Virus record (IMG/VR): IMGVR_UViG_3300007735_001031
Coordinates: 8,349-72,348 of that record
Length of the DNA: 64,000 nucleotides
Source of the DNA: a virus
Reading direction: 5' to 3' (one strand)
Part shown: positions 35,801 to 43,669 of the stretch, one piece after another
How positions within the stretch are numbered: the first letter of the stretch is position 1
Layout of the letters: each line of letters begins with the position of its first letter
Made by a program: the position numbers and the translations under genes
Notes under the pieces: generated by a model
The model's database searches: none
Seen by the model: only the letters and a program-made list of their open reading frames with translations
What the model was told of the DNA's origin: nothing

Positions 35801-36294
35801 TTTAGTAGTTCGTAATCAATCCGAGGAAAACGATAAAAGTTTCCTGGTCGATATGACTTGGAAACCAATTGAAAAATGTTTGAGAGGCCTGTTTGATTCT
35901 GAGCCAGAAGAACGAGGTGAGCGCGGAAATTAAGAAAGCTCTTCTCATCTTTCTTTGATTCCTCTTCGTCTTCAACAACGACTCCTGCTTCTTCATCATC
36001 GCTCTTTTTATTCTTCTTGTCTTCTTTATGCTTCGCATAAGCTTCTGCCCATTCCGTCAAAGACGGATTAAAATAAGCCTCAACGCCAAAGATAGGCTTG
36101 AAGTTCTTACCTTCCGCCCGCAGTTTCTTTGTGTGAAGAACTTGATAAGACAAGCCATTCATGTTGCCGTGATCGGTCAAAGCAAGAGCGTCTGCTCCGT
36201 TGCTAATAGCAAAGTCAATATGCTCGTTTGGATAGCCGAGTCCGTCAAACACGCTGAAACAGCTATGTCCGTGTAGATTTACAAACTTAATCAT
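32887..36294 (-). CDS. dnaE: DNA polymerase III alpha subunit
   Basis: PHP HxH/TDHG, GRGSAAGS, PDIDYD, HAGG, KFDILGL, YGFNKSH. Confidence 0.97.
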   Translation of the reverse strand: MIKFVNLHGHSCFSVFDGLGYPNEHIDFAISNGADALALTDHGNMNGLSYQVLHTKKLRAEGKNFKPIFGVEAYFNPSLTEWAEAYAKHKEDKKNKKSDDEEAGVVVEDEEESKKDEKSFLNFRAHLVLLAQNQTGLSNIFQLVSKSYRPGNFYRFPRIDYELLKQHSEGVIALTACMGGPLSKCYWMFKEQGEDKVQEEMTKVVQNFKNILGDRFYCELQWNAYEDQHEINKAVIKVAKANNIKLVSTCDSHYPRPELWKEREIYKMLGWLGSKNMSLDSLPSKREDLNSELYPKNGDQMWESYKKYSAQTFNEYDDDLVLESFENTYRIAHEQIEDFLPESKVRLPDFVVPEGKTDIQALIELCSSSMKKHGLDKNKEYIERLKEELLVIKNRGFAKYFLTMKAIADKAVENQLVGAGRGSAAGSLISYLLNITQIDPIKYGLLFSRFLQKNAKDYPDIDYDVSDPMTLKQMLIEQWGEDCVVPISNWNTLQLRSLIKDVGKLYGIPFTEVNETTSVMVKEATSPAKEKHGITAGMYVPTFEECLEFSETLQKFLAKYPEVGKHIKALQGQVRSASRHAGGVIVSEDISKFMPLINSGGVIQTPWSEGQNVRHLEPLGFIKFDILGLATLRIIQNAISRVLRKQGQVNPTFDDIKTFYDANLHPSKINFDDQKVYEHVFHDGRWVAVFQFAEKGAQEFCKKAKPRSIIDLSAITSIYRPGPLSAHVDDNYVKAKEDPDSIKYIHPVVEEITKETFGFLIFQEQIALIAHKLGKDLSLDEGNLLRKVLTKKGTGKGHEVKDEIHRKFIEGCAEKQIGRDQAENLWKTFEFFSGYGFNKSHAVCYSILSYQCAWLLTYHPSEWIASYLDDETQDDDGKTKAISIVKALGYKVDPPNVNVSGDEWGVSNDGKTFYQPLSSIKGLGEKAIEQIINNRPFKTIDEMLFHDKIAYAKLNKKGFDALARSGALDELIDNRFTGRKHFWMSFCGERPKTKKKFDEYINQYKEAGDFTKEEVMENYTTLLGFFPVDMVMTSQLYKRLSDTNINSISKYDEDLKICWFVPMSFEVKKSKNDKNYYVVQVVDDSGKTTEIKCWSVDLDKDVIYLNRPYVAKLNYDENFGGFSCIGISKSWKMIG

Positions 36295-36606
36295 TTATTC
36301 CTCATAGACGCTGTATTTTTCAACGTCTTTTTTTGCTGTTTCTTCTTCTAGCTCTTCTTCTGTGTCTTTCAGATCTTCGTTAAAGTCGTCAATTTGATAC
36401 TGAAAGTATGTTTCACAGATATTAATTAATTCATCTACATACGCTCTTTGATCTGTCGTAAGCAGGTAATAACTTGAGGCAAGGCCGGCGTTTGTTGTAT
36501 CTACGATATGTAGAGAATTAAAAACTTTAGCCGGGTCAAGTTTCTTTAGGGTCATCTTTGGTAGCTTCATCGTAATCATCTCCACAATCAATTGTTCTTG
36601 TTTCAA
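36295..36606 (-). CDS. hypothetical acidic protein
   Basis: ORF track; start probably near 36571. Confidence 0.6.
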   Translation of the reverse strand: MKQEQLIVEMITMKLPKMTLKKLDPAKVFNSLHIVDTTNAGLASSYYLLTTDQRAYVDELINICETYFQYQIDDFNEDLKDTEEELEEETAKKDVEKYSVYEE

Positions 36607-37477
36607 GATTCTTCATCTTGTTGAACTTAAAATACTTAACCTTCTTGGGCATTCTATACCATTTAGAGGTAGAAATATATTTAGCATATCCTTCCCAAGT
36701 AGATATATTATTACTTTTATCACACTCTACGAGTGTAGCGTCGTCTAGTGTAGCAGACCTGAATACTTCGTCAAGGGTCAGCCTTGTCGCCGTGTTCCTC
36801 TCCTCTTTCGGCTTTCTATGAAGGCCTTTCATTCCATCAAAAGAAATCCATGCGCCCTTATCTCTTGCCTTAAAGTCTTTCTTAAATCTTTCAAAATCCT
36901 CTTTAAAGAAAGTGAAGCCTACATCTACGCCGTCTTTTATAGTTTTGCCGTCTATTGTAAAGTAGAGGTTCTTGTTGGCGTCTTTTACTTTCTTCCGCAG
37001 ATTTTGTAGCATCCACGCTGAATAAACCCTGTGTGGAAACGACACGAAGAATTTATCCGGCACTGCCTTATTGGATAATCTTTGCGCGAGTTTTATGGCG
37101 TATTCCGCCCCGGCAAGAATGGTTCTACCATAGCAGTCCCGCCTTCCAATATCTCGAGCTGGAAGTGAGGCATACCAGATTGGAACTTTCATCTTAAAAT
37201 TATCTTTAAACTCTACTGGTAGTTGAGCCAAGATTGGATCCTCAACATAAGAGCCGACAACTGCTTTTAATAAAGGTATGTGTCTCTTTTCTGTTATTAC
37301 CCAAATAGAAGAACAGCCAGCCATAGCACATTCCAAGACGCTTCTATGAAGGGCTGTATAGTGTCTATAAAGAGGAGTTAAGGCATTCGGCCAAGGGAAT
37401 CCATCATTTTTTGGACCACTCTGGATCGGGACGATCCCAACCAGGTTTGAAACGTATGTGGCTTTCTTTCCTTCCAT
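36536..37477 (-). CDS. divergent sugar-phosphate nucleotidyltransferase-fold protein
   Basis: GIVP...P..L.P...AL.RSV.EC..AG...IWVIT resembles the NTP-transferase N-terminus; GxGxR missing. Confidence 0.5.
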   Translation of the reverse strand: MEGKKATYVSNLVGIVPIQSGPKNDGFPWPNALTPLYRHYTALHRSVLECAMAGCSSIWVITEKRHIPLLKAVVGSYVEDPILAQLPVEFKDNFKMKVPIWYASLPARDIGRRDCYGRTILAGAEYAIKLAQRLSNKAVPDKFFVSFPHRVYSAWMLQNLRKKVKDANKNLYFTIDGKTIKDGVDVGFTFFKEDFERFKKDFKARDKGAWISFDGMKGLHRKPKEERNTATRLTLDEVFRSATLDDATLVECDKSNNISTWEGYAKYISTSKWYRMPKKVKYFKFNKMKNLETRTIDCGDDYDEATKDDPKET

Positions 37478-38250
37478 ATTTCCTCTTCGTTCCTTTTATC
37501 TATTATCAGCCAATCTTTTTGTTCGTATTCTAGATTATCTTTTTCTTCCGTGTGTCTTTTTAGCCACTCTAATTTACCAGTTATATCGTGTTGTCCCAAA
37601 ACAGACTCTACTTGCTTTGTTATAAAAAATGAAGAGTATTCAGGCTGGTTCATTTGATCTGGTGTTAATAATGAATGAGCCATAAGTTTCTTTTTATCGT
37701 TTGATACATACACATTACGGGGGAAGTCCCCACTAGTAGGTATCATATGATAAAAGTGTTTTGATCTTAAATCAAAAGAGAATTCGTCCAAGACATAGTG
37801 TTTTTCGCTTGTGCTGCCGACTGAGTTGAGGAATTCTAATCCTCTCGTATCAAAGATTCGTAGTTTATTAAAGTTATATCTTATAAGTCGTTGATTTTTT
37901 GTGGTTATTTTTAATAACTTGTCTTCTTCGTCCAGCCGAATATCAGCAACTTTATCATCAAGCGGAATCATTCCAGTTAAAGATTGTATAAGATACAAAT
38001 GACTTAATACACTCTCTTTCAGATAAGGCATAATTAATTGCCCTTCTGGTGTATTAAGCTTCTTGTCGTCTTTAAGAATAGCCGTCTTAGTTAGATTAAC
38101 TGAATTATCGATATACTCAAAGAATCTATACTTTGTTTGATATTTATAGATTACTGGAACATTATGAATATAAGAATATAGAAGGGCTGGGATAGTTAAA
38201 CCTATCACAACCTCTTCTACTTCGTAGGTATGATTCTTTAAGTTCCCCAT
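37378..38250 (-). CDS. hypothetical protein, degenerate Rossmann-like N-terminus
   Basis: EEVVIGLTIPALLYSY beta-alpha start. Confidence 0.45.
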   Translation of the reverse strand: MGNLKNHTYEVEEVVIGLTIPALLYSYIHNVPVIYKYQTKYRFFEYIDNSVNLTKTAILKDDKKLNTPEGQLIMPYLKESVLSHLYLIQSLTGMIPLDDKVADIRLDEEDKLLKITTKNQRLIRYNFNKLRIFDTRGLEFLNSVGSTSEKHYVLDEFSFDLRSKHFYHMIPTSGDFPRNVYVSNDKKKLMAHSLLTPDQMNQPEYSSFFITKQVESVLGQHDITGKLEWLKRHTEEKDNLEYEQKDWLIIDKRNEEEIWKERKPHTFQTWLGSSRSRVVQKMMDSLGRMP

Positions 38251-38262
38251 ATAATAAATATC

Positions 38263-38928
38263 TCATAGCTGATTAATCATAGGGAAGATTTCTGTAATAA
38301 CTTTGGCGATTTCTGCGGCAACAAGCATATGTTCTTTTTGCGTTCCCGATCCTTCACCGCGAACTTCTAAGTAATGAACCCAAGAACGAAGAGATCCTTT
38401 CATGTAGAGGCGGGACTTTGTTAGACCTTCTGGTAGAACTTTGCGGGCAACTTCTTTGGCGATGCCGAGATCTATGGCTTGGCGATAAACCATATTACAA
38501 TATTCAATTACATTCTTCTGATAATCATTCCACCACTCTTGGGTCTTTTGATCTTCTGTTGGAATGCTATTCTGCCGATTCTTTAGATCTTGTGTTCTGG
38601 CCTCGGATAATTCAAACATATCACCAAGAGCAGAAACGTCAGAGTATCTCTGGCTAAACTCTTGGAAACTAAATGATCTATGTCTAAGCATTTGACGAGC
38701 AATATCTCTCGTCGTCTCGATCTCCAAAGTCATATCCACCATTTCCAACGGAGACCAGTGTTTATGCTGAATAAGATACTTAATCAGTTTCTCGGAGGTT
38801 GCCGAATTCATTTGATTTGTTGGATTGGATACACGAGCGCAATACGCCACCAGGTCGGTAGGAGTGGATAAACCTTGTTCTTGTAGATTATCGGCTGCTT
38901 TTGTATAGGAAACTAAACTAACTTTCAT
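38263..38928 (-). CDS. thyX: FAD-dependent thymidylate synthase
   Basis: ARVS, HWSPLE, RHRSFSFQEFSQRY, EVAR.VLP. Confidence 0.97.
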   Translation of the reverse strand: MKVSLVSYTKAADNLQEQGLSTPTDLVAYCARVSNPTNQMNSATSEKLIKYLIQHKHWSPLEMVDMTLEIETTRDIARQMLRHRSFSFQEFSQRYSDVSALGDMFELSEARTQDLKNRQNSIPTEDQKTQEWWNDYQKNVIEYCNMVYRQAIDLGIAKEVARKVLPEGLTKSRLYMKGSLRSWVHYLEVRGEGSGTQKEHMLVAAEIAKVITEIFPMINQL

Positions 38929-38980
38929 AAGACCTCATAGAGTTATAGTGTCTCTATGATAAGCTATGTTTAGTTTTAGG

Positions 38981-39388
38981 TCAAGACCACTTTCTTTTAA
39001 ATGCTTTTTTAGACATAAATGAACCGCCTGCTCCGCCAGCGTATCCCTCTACTGACGAAGCTCCTGGTCCGCCAGACATAGCAGACATTTCTTCTAATTG
39101 CTCTTCTTCTACAGAATCTACGGCTTTATTTGTTTCAGATCCAGAAGGCTCATTGATTACTGCTTCATTTTCGAATTCTTCCCATTCGTTCTTAACGACA
39201 AATGAAGGATCGGTCATTAATTCTTTTGCTTTCTTGGGTGGTGGTCCAACTTTCTTTTTGTTTTTCTTTTTATTATTCTTCTTATTTATTTCGTCTTTCT
39301 CTTCGTCTGGATTAATAATCATATCTTCCTTGAACGTATTTTCGAGGAGAAAAGATTTCCATTTATCATTTATATCTTTATAGTTCAT
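38981..39388 (-). CDS. putative virion-internal protein
   Basis: KWKSFLLE leader; LEEMSAM.GG...VEG motif. Confidence 0.6.
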   Translation of the reverse strand: MNYKDINDKWKSFLLENTFKEDMIINPDEEKDEINKKNNKKKNKKKVGPPPKKAKELMTDPSFVVKNEWEEFENEAVINEPSGSETNKAVDSVEEEQLEEMSAMSGGPGASSVEGYAGGAGGSFMSKKAFKRKWS

Positions 39389-39543
39389 TATCTTCCTTGA
39401 CCACGATATTTCTTCTTATAAAGCTTGGAGTGCTTATGTGTAGCAAACTTGGTATTGCAGCTATTACCTTGTCTTGTTCTCTTTGGCTTTGAGTATCCCT
39501 TTTTAGCGTTTTTTGATATTGCTGCTTCTGATTTCTTTGCCAT
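39388..39543 (-). CDS. small basic protein ending KYRGQGR (51 aa)
   Basis: Hand translation MAKKSEAAISK...KRTRQG...KKKYRGQGR; SD AGGAG. Confidence 0.75.
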   Translation of the reverse strand: MAKKSEAAISKNAKKGYSKPKRTRQGNSCNTKFATHKHSKLYKKKYRGQGR

Positions 39544-39591
39544 TTAATTAATCTCCTTTGATATTAATTATATAGCAGAAAACAAATAATC

Positions 39592-40137
39592 CTATAGAGG
39601 AAGATTTACTATACGAGTATCTACATCAATCTTCTTTATGATATCAAAACCTTCTTCTTCTGTAGGTTTTTCGTATTTATCAATCATTATTTTTAGGAAA
39701 TGTCTTGGGAGAGTTTTTCTTCTACCGACTTTCATATGTTCTATGTCTCTTAGTTCATTTGATCTAACAAGTTTCTCAAAATTATTTGAATCAATCATAA
39801 AATCTAAGGCTACAAACTGGAACTTATCCTTGGAGAAGCGTGTTAATATATAAGATCTCTCCGCTCTATTAATATTCGTCATATCAATCGCAACATCTTT
39901 ATCTTCGATCGAGGCTTGAGTCAATAAATCCTCTACTTCTTGCTTAATAGATACATTTATTTCAGCAATTTTTGGATCGTCGTTGAATAAATCATTATAT
40001 TTAAGACCATTTAGATCTGCGTGTTTCTCTCTTATATCATCTCGAGAGATAATGGTTGTGTTTGGGAGGTTCTTTCTAACATAATATGACTTTCCCACTC
40101 CTGGTGGGCCAATCATAACAAACAGATTATTCTTCAT
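39592..40137 (-). CDS. P-loop kinase (AAA_33/polynucleotide-kinase-like)
   Basis: GPPGVGKS, ISRDDIR, IDMTN..R, P..EEGFD. Confidence 0.88.
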   Translation of the reverse strand: MKNNLFVMIGPPGVGKSYYVRKNLPNTTIISRDDIREKHADLNGLKYNDLFNDDPKIAEINVSIKQEVEDLLTQASIEDKDVAIDMTNINRAERSYILTRFSKDKFQFVALDFMIDSNNFEKLVRSNELRDIEHMKVGRRKTLPRHFLKIMIDKYEKPTEEEGFDIIKKIDVDTRIVNLPL

Positions 40138-40182
40138 AATGCCTCTTGCTAATGAGTTGGCCGTATCATAAACGGGAGTTAA

Positions 40183-41760
40183 TTAAAAGTCAAATTTAAA
40201 TGATGTGTAATCTGGTTCTGGTTGTTTCTCTGCCTGTGGTTTTATCTCTGGCTTTGATTCTGGTTCACTGGTTAATCCCAATTTCTCTTTTTCAGCTTGC
40301 CAAGCTTTTTGAGACCGATATTTTTTTCCATCTATGTAGTATTCTTTAGAATATGGACTAAACACGGCTGGTCCATCTAATCTATGTTTTTTACCATCTT
40401 TATACCACATCTCAGATCCATCAATAGCTTTAACTGCTGGGCCTCCAATTCTATGTTGTTTACCATGCTTATACCAGCTTTCGGATCCGTTCTTCCAAAT
40501 AATTGCTGGCCCATTTTCTCTGTGTCTTTCTCCGTCTTTAAACCATTCTTTAATGGCACCGTTATTCTGGATCGATGCTGGTCCGTCATCTCTATCTAAT
40601 TTACCATTACGATACCAATATTGGGAATCGCGGGTAATTCTTGCTGGACCATCTTCTCTATGAAGCACTCCATTTTGCCACCATTCTTCTTTATTCAAAT
40701 AAGAATATTTGGGATCTTTATAAACAAGAGCAGGGCCACCTACTCTATGTCTTTCTCCGTCTTTATACCACTCTTGCTGAGTTTCTCCGAAATCAATTGC
40801 TGGTCCATCCAATCTATGTAGTTTACCATTCTTATACCACTCCTGCTTAATCATAAGACCATCTGTCGGAGTTTTAATTATAACTGCTGGTCCGTCGTCT
40901 CTATGTTTTTCGCCGGATGAATTATAATAAGTTATATGAGGGCCAGAATATCCTTTTACTTGCGTAACCATTCCACCATTTGGTAGTTTTTCAGATTTAT
41001 ATTCTTTAGCCTTATTAATAACTTGTTTTGGTAGCTCTTTTATTTGTTTAACAATATCGTTTAATATAAAGAATATACCTTGTCCATATACGGTTTTATC
41101 TTCTTTATCCATATATTGATTAGAACCATAACTAAACTGATATTTTTCACTTGGGTCCTGTTTAGAAATAAAAATAATTAATGGACTATCTCGCTTATGA
41201 TACTGCGTATAATAGTTTCTACTGCCTCTTGAAGCAGTACACCATCTAGTTCCAGTTCCAAGTTGGCAAGAGGCCGCCTTTGATTCTGGAATATAAACAT
41301 TCCATTCATTATCTTCATAGATTTTTCTTACGTCTTCTTCTTTAACTACGGCCGCTTTCTTTTTGCCTTGATAAACTCTCCATTTACGAGAAGATTTTTT
41401 CATCATCTCTGTAAATTCTTCTACGCTTTCAAAAGCATTAATATCATTTTTGGTTAGCATTCTATCAAGATTATTTGCCTTAATCATATAGAATTCTTCA
41501 ACAAATTTTTGCTTAGGTCCTTCAACAACTCCATTCATCATGAATTGTTTTATTCTCCAGTTAAGATAATTTGCTTTCTCAGAATCTTCTATATCTTCTG
41601 GAACAGTTGATAGTATTGCTTCTTTTGTTTGTTGAGCATCTACTTTATGATAATTGCAGGAATTAAGGAATTTTTGTGAATCTAATCTTGGTAGAACCTC
41701 TTCATATTTTAGTTCTACTAATAAATACCTTCTCCAAGATTCCATTAAAAGATGCATCAT
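40183..41760 (-). CDS. protein with leader, GTxWCT domain and about eight HRxDGPA repeats
   Basis: LLMESWRRYLLVE; LGTGTRWCTA; repeated WYKxG..HR.DGPA. Confidence 0.8.
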   Translation of the reverse strand: MMHLLMESWRRYLLVELKYEEVLPRLDSQKFLNSCNYHKVDAQQTKEAILSTVPEDIEDSEKANYLNWRIKQFMMNGVVEGPKQKFVEEFYMIKANNLDRMLTKNDINAFESVEEFTEMMKKSSRKWRVYQGKKKAAVVKEEDVRKIYEDNEWNVYIPESKAASCQLGTGTRWCTASRGSRNYYTQYHKRDSPLIIFISKQDPSEKYQFSYGSNQYMDKEDKTVYGQGIFFILNDIVKQIKELPKQVINKAKEYKSEKLPNGGMVTQVKGYSGPHITYYNSSGEKHRDDGPAVIIKTPTDGLMIKQEWYKNGKLHRLDGPAIDFGETQQEWYKDGERHRVGGPALVYKDPKYSYLNKEEWWQNGVLHREDGPARITRDSQYWYRNGKLDRDDGPASIQNNGAIKEWFKDGERHRENGPAIIWKNGSESWYKHGKQHRIGGPAVKAIDGSEMWYKDGKKHRLDGPAVFSPYSKEYYIDGKKYRSQKAWQAEKEKLGLTSEPESKPEIKPQAEKQPEPDYTSFKFDF

Positions 41761-41774
41761 ATTTTATTCCCTAA

Positions 41775-42416
41775 TTAATCATCGATCTCTAAACTTGGTC
41801 CAGAACTTCTCGGGGCAGACGATCTTGCTGGTGTTGGAATTTTTGGTAAAGAACGACCAACTGGGGCTTCGGATGATTCACCAGCCATCATTTTTAATAC
41901 CATAGCTTTTAGATCATCAAAATCTTGTTTTAGTTTTTCGTGTTCTCTTCTTAGTTTAGCCAATTCTTCTTGTTGATCGAGGGCGGAAGAAGAACCAGAA
42001 GTTCCGGCATCTTCATACTTATCTTCTGGTCCTTTCTTGGCTCCAGCCATCTTATAAATCTTATTGATTACAGGCTGCATAACTCTTTCCATTTGCTCGG
42101 CATTTTGGAGAAGAATATACGCTCCTTGCTTTGCTCCATCGGCCCCTTTTCTATAAGAGGCTGGTTGCATATCTGATTTGGTATATGCTGCTGAAACAGG
42201 AGTAAAGTTGTGGAACTTTCCTTCTTGATCTTTAATTGTAATATAAGAAGAGTGTCCTTCGGATCCTTGTCCTACTTCACAATTAGATCCAAATAATTGC
42301 GTTAAGGCAGCAGATAATTTGCTAACTTGTTTATCTGTTGGTGCCTCATTTAAAAGAGTTTCTTTTAAGAAATATCGCGGATCAAATGGTTTTTTGTTTT
42401 GTCTATTAAATAACAT
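41775..42416 (-). CDS. hypothetical, putative virion cargo
   Basis: DPRYFLKETLLNE leader. Confidence 0.6.
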   Translation of the reverse strand: MLFNRQNKKPFDPRYFLKETLLNEAPTDKQVSKLSAALTQLFGSNCEVGQGSEGHSSYITIKDQEGKFHNFTPVSAAYTKSDMQPASYRKGADGAKQGAYILLQNAEQMERVMQPVINKIYKMAGAKKGPEDKYEDAGTSGSSSALDQQEELAKLRREHEKLKQDFDDLKAMVLKMMAGESSEAPVGRSLPKIPTPARSSAPRSSGPSLEIDD

Positions 42417-43339
42417 TATTCCTCTCCCTCCACTTTCTTACCTGCTCTCCATTGATAACAAGACCAGTAGCGAGCTGTGCAACGATCTTTGCCTGCTGGC
42501 TTATCGCACTTATGTCTTGCTCTGAAATTCTTTCTACGGGCTGGCGAATCTCTCTTAATTGATAATCCTGGATCACCGAAAGAAATCTTCTTTACTCTTC
42601 CGCCGCATTTAACATAAACGTGAAATTTCTTATTTGAGCCTGCGGGATTACGTGTTACTTTGCCGAGCCTTGGTTTCTTTTTTTTTACTTCGGCTTCTGA
42701 GAGATATTCAACGCCTTCCTCCATCTCCCATCCTTCTCCTGGCGCTGGATCGTCTTCATCTGCCTCTTCTCCACGTTTTCTAAAATGTTCGTCCGCATCA
42801 TAATCACAATCTGGGCATTTACCGGTAACTGGATCAAATTCATAAGATCCACATTCTGGGCAACCATCATCGTCGCCACCAAAATCATCATCGTCGTCGT
42901 CAAAATCATCGTCGTCGTCAAAATCGTCGTTGTCGTCAAGATCTTGTTCTGCTTGGTCTGGCTCTCTTTCTTCGCCATATTCATCCAACATGGCGTCGGC
43001 TTGTTCTTCTGTTATTTCTCTGACTTCCAAATTCTCAAACAAGATTTTTTCAAGCTTCTCAATTGCTTCATCAATCTTGCTCTTCTTGGCTTTTTTCTTT
43101 TTAGCAATATGCATTCTTAATTGTGGGGGAATTTTACCTTTGCCTTTTTTAGCTTTTGGAGTATCCTTCTTTCCACCAGCTTCTTTTGAAGCTTTGCTCA
43201 TAGGTTCTTCTTTATCGCCGTCTTTATCAAGATCTAAGAAATCTGGCTTTGATCCTTTGGACTTGCTGGCCTTTACTTCTTTTTCCTTCTTCTCTTGTAG
43301 AAGGCGATACATCATTCTATCCCACAAATTATGTCTCAT
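42416..43339 (-). CDS. modular basic/acidic protein with C-terminal DUF6321-like domain
   Basis: PDFLDLDKDGDKEEPM; FGDP...RRKNFRARHKC...ARYWSC. Confidence 0.7.
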   Translation of the reverse strand: MRHNLWDRMMYRLLQEKKEKEVKASKSKGSKPDFLDLDKDGDKEEPMSKASKEAGGKKDTPKAKKGKGKIPPQLRMHIAKKKKAKKSKIDEAIEKLEKILFENLEVREITEEQADAMLDEYGEEREPDQAEQDLDDNDDFDDDDDFDDDDDDFGGDDDGCPECGSYEFDPVTGKCPDCDYDADEHFRKRGEEADEDDPAPGEGWEMEEGVEYLSEAEVKKKKPRLGKVTRNPAGSNKKFHVYVKCGGRVKKISFGDPGLSIKRDSPARRKNFRARHKCDKPAGKDRCTARYWSCYQWRAGKKVEGEE

Positions 43340-43372
43340 TACAATTCTCCTATTGGTATATTAAATAGTCTG

Positions 43373-43669
43373 TTAATCTTTAGTTTTCTTTTGACCGGCC
43401 CAAGTATTACACCATTTCTTGCCCATACACATAAAGTCATGCATCTCGCAGAAACCAAGACCTTCTCCGTCATCTACACACTTTTCTACAATTTTTGTAT
43501 TCCATGCTTTACAATTTTCGCAGAGTTCGCCTTTAACTTGTGATTTACCGTATTCATATTCTTCTATGGCGTGCTGTTTATTTTTAGCATTAACTTTTGG
43601 ATTCTTTGTTGCCTCGGGGCATTTTGAAATTGAAAGTTTGCTTTCATGAAGTTTAATTATAAGTTTCAT
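43373..43669 (-). CDS. small Cys-rich protein
   Basis: CPEAT, CENC, GFCEMHDFMC...WC. Confidence 0.7.
   Translation of the reverse strand: MKLIIKLHESKLSISKCPEATKNPKVNAKNKQHAIEEYEYGKSQVKGELCENCKAWNTKIVEKCVDDGEGLGFCEMHDFMCMGKKWCNTWAGQKKTKD

Noticed and set aside
42860-42940. Short GAC/GAT-rich repeats
   Set aside because: Low-complexity poly-Asp coding sequence, not a separate element.
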